A stretch of DNA of 64,000 bases from Gemmatimonadota bacterium. Lineage in GTDB: Bacteria; Gemmatimonadota; Gemmatimonadetes; Gemmatimonadales; GWC2-71-9. Numbering within the stretch: the first letter of the stretch is position 1; the number at the start of each line of letters is the position of its first letter. Both the position numbers and the translations under genes were made by a program. The notes below the pieces were generated by a model. That model had not been told where the DNA came from and searched no databases. It saw only the letters and a program-made list of their open reading frames with translations. Positions 62,250 through 64,000 of this stretch are shown piece by piece. Location of the stretch: NCBI GenBank assembly GCA_003220795.1, contig QHTK01000047.1, forward strand, positions 222 to 64,221, in the 5' to 3' direction.

Positions 62250-64000
62250 CTACGCGGGCCCTCCCGCCGCAAGGTGCATCAGCTCTTCCTGCGCGCTCGC
62301 GCGGGCGTCGCCGGCGGCGCGGCGATAGTAGCCGCCGTCCGGACCCAGCTCCCACGCCGTCGGGTCCGCCAGCTCCAGCTCGAGGATACGCTCCAGCCGG
62401 GCGCCGCAGCGGGGATCCAAGATCGGGGTCGCTACCTCGACGCGCCGGCGCAGGTTGCGGGGTCGCCAGTCGGCCGACCCGATGTAGTACTCGGACTCAC
62501 CGCCGTTGGCGAACGAGAAGATGCGCCCATGCTCGAGAAAGCGCCCCAAAATGCTGATGACGCGAATCCGGTCCGAGAGCCCGGGCACCCCGGGGCGTAA
62601 ACAGCAGATGCCGCGGACCACGAGATCGATCTCCACCCCCGCCTGGGCGGCCCGATACAGGGCGCCGATCACGTCGGCGTCCGCCAGGCCGTTGAGCTTG
62701 GCACGGATCCGGCCGCCCCGTCCCGCGCGGGCGTGCTCCGCCTCGCGGTCGATGAGGGCGAGGACCCGCCCGAGCATCTGCTCGGGCGCCACGAGCAGCC
62801 GGCGGAAGGTCACTCGAGGAGGCCGCGACGACCCGCTCAACTCGTTGAACAGGTCGTTCAAGTCGGCGCCCAGCTCGGGGTGTGCCGTGAGCAATCCGAG
62901 GTCCGTGTAGACCGCCGCAGTCGCGGCGTTGTAGTTCCCCGTCCCGACGTGGGCGTAACTCCGGAGCGCGCCGCCTTCGCGCCGCACCACGAGACCGATC
63001 TTCGCGTGCGTCTTCACGTCCACCAGGCCGTACACCACGTGGATGCCGGCGCGCTCCAGCTTCTTGGCCCAGTCCACGTTGCGCTCTTCGTCGAAGCGCG
63101 CCTTCAGCTCGACGAACACAAAGACCTCTTTTCCCGCCGCCGCCGCCCGCACCAGGGCATCGGCGATCCGGGAGCGGCCGCCGGGTCGGTACAGCGTCAG
63201 CTTGATCGCCGCCACGTCCGGGTCGTCGGCCGCTTCGTCGAAGAAGCGCTCCACCACGTCCGGAAACGAATCGTACGGGTGGTGCACCAGCACGTCGCGC
63301 TCGGCCACGACCTCGAATACCGACTGCGTCGGCTCGAGTACGCGCCGTCCGGAGTAGCGCGGATATTGGAGCTCTCCCCGGGGCAGGTCCGCGATCTCGC
63401 GGAGCGCCAGCGGGTCGAGCGGGCCCACCACGTCGAACAGATCGGCGTGGCCGAGCGTGCTGATGTGCGCCGCATCTTCGAACTGCAGCTCCCGCAGCAG
63501 GAGGCCGCGCACGTCGGGACGCATCCCCCGCTCTACTTCGACCCGCACGGCGAGCCCGTACGGCCGCCGCTTCGCTTCCTCCTCGATGACGTGCAGCAGA
63601 TTCTCGGCGTGCCGCTCGTCCAGGTCGAGATCCCCACCGCGGGTGACGCGAAACGTGTACGCCGCCTCGATCGTGCGGCCCCGGTAAACGAGGTCCAGAC
63701 ACCCGCGGACCACCTCCTCGAGCGGCACCAGTCCACCGTCGTCGGGCAAGGGCACGAGCCGCGGCAAGTCGTCCGGCAGCTTCACGTACGCGAAGTGGAC
63801 CGGCCCGGTCGCGGAGTCGCGCACCAGGGCGGCCAGCGAGAGCCGCAGGTTGGCCATGACCGGGAAGGGGTAGCCCGGCGCTCGCGTGATCGCCTGCGGC
63901 GTCAGCAGCGGAAACACCTGTTCCGTGAAATAGTCGCGCACCCGTGCCCGCTCCGGCTCGCTCAAACCGCTCCAACCCCGCACGCGGATGCCCTGGGCCC
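62250..64000 (-). CDS. ppk: polyphosphate kinase 1 (5' end beyond right edge)
   Basis: It has FTEQVFPLLTP, the two PLD-like C-terminal domains (VKTHAKIGLVVRRE and FLEHGRIFSF) and YIGSADWRPRNL. The reading frame continues past 63983 to the window edge. Confidence 0.9.
   Translation of the reverse strand, partial: AQGIRVRGWSGLSEPERARVRDYFTEQVFPLLTPQAITRAPGYPFPVMANLRLSLAALVRDSATGPVHFAYVKLPDDLPRLVPLPDDGGLVPLEEVVRGCLDLVYRGRTIEAAYTFRVTRGGDLDLDERHAENLLHVIEEEAKRRPYGLAVRVEVERGMRPDVRGLLLRELQFEDAAHISTLGHADLFDVVGPLDPLALREIADLPRGELQYPRYSGRRVLEPTQSVFEVVAERDVLVHHPYDSFPDVVERFFDEAADDPDVAAIKLTLYRPGGRSRIADALVRAAAAGKEVFVFVELKARFDEERNVDWAKKLERAGIHVVYGLVDVKTHAKIGLVVRREGGALRSYAHVGTGNYNAATAAVYTDLGLLTAHPELGADLNDLFNELSGSSRPPRVTFRRLLVAPEQMLGRVLALIDREAEHARAGRGGRIRAKLNGLADADVIGALYRAAQAGVEIDLVVRGICCLRPGVPGLSDRIRVISILGRFLEHGRIFSFANGGESEYYIGSADWRPRNLRRRVEVATPILDPRCGARLERILELELADPTAWELGPDGGYYRRAAGDARASAQEELMHLAAGGPA

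Overview
This is a very GC-rich bacterial chromosomal segment with third codon positions almost all G/C. It looks like a Gram-negative of the Gemmatimonadota/Acidobacteriota style, but that is low-confidence inference. It is densely coding, with about 60 genes and many 1-8 nt stop/start overlaps (ATGA, GTGA). I found no transposase, integrase, CRISPR array or rRNA. From left to right: (1) 1-12.8 kb is a long minus-strand array holding an APC permease, a K+-independent H+-pyrophosphatase, exbB-exbD-exbD with four TonB-C-domain genes, and a kinase/regulator/kinase two-component unit. (2) 12.8-22.9 kb is an alpha-galactoside-type sugar locus with a Tat-exported alpha-galactosidase, ABC permeases, a binding protein, an ATPase and an (alpha/alpha)6 glycosidase. 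(3) 23.1-26.3 kb is a redox/copper group with Mn-SOD, DUF411, a beta-barrel protein, a peroxiredoxin and a DsbA-like protein. (4) 26.3-41.9 kb is mixed housekeeping and envelope genes: an NhaP antiporter, an aldolase/SDR fusion, an MFS transporter, uppP, tRNA-Ala, an S9 peptidase, an M6 metalloprotease, an APC permease and a PAP2 phosphatase. (5) 42.0-56.9 kb is the most interesting part. A 4-gene operon encodes a serine-palmitoyltransferase-like alpha-oxoamine synthase, a GNAT-like acyltransferase, an epimerase-type SDR and a sphingomyelin/IPC-synthase-like PAP2_C protein. It converges on a 13-gene operon with two CDP-alcohol phosphotransferases, a nucleotidyltransferase, a HAD phosphatase, an ITPK-like ATP-grasp protein, a Gfo/Idh/MocA oxidoreductase, a class-III aminotransferase, flippase-like and DedA membrane proteins, and a copper-monooxygenase-like protein. 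I read this as a candidate ceramide/sphingolipid pathway with an unusual, possibly aminated polyol-phosphate head group. A SARP-type STAND regulator and a divergent Ser/Thr kinase sit directly upstream. (6) 62.2-64 kb holds a partial ppk1. All functional calls come from motif and family recognition by eye; no searches were run.
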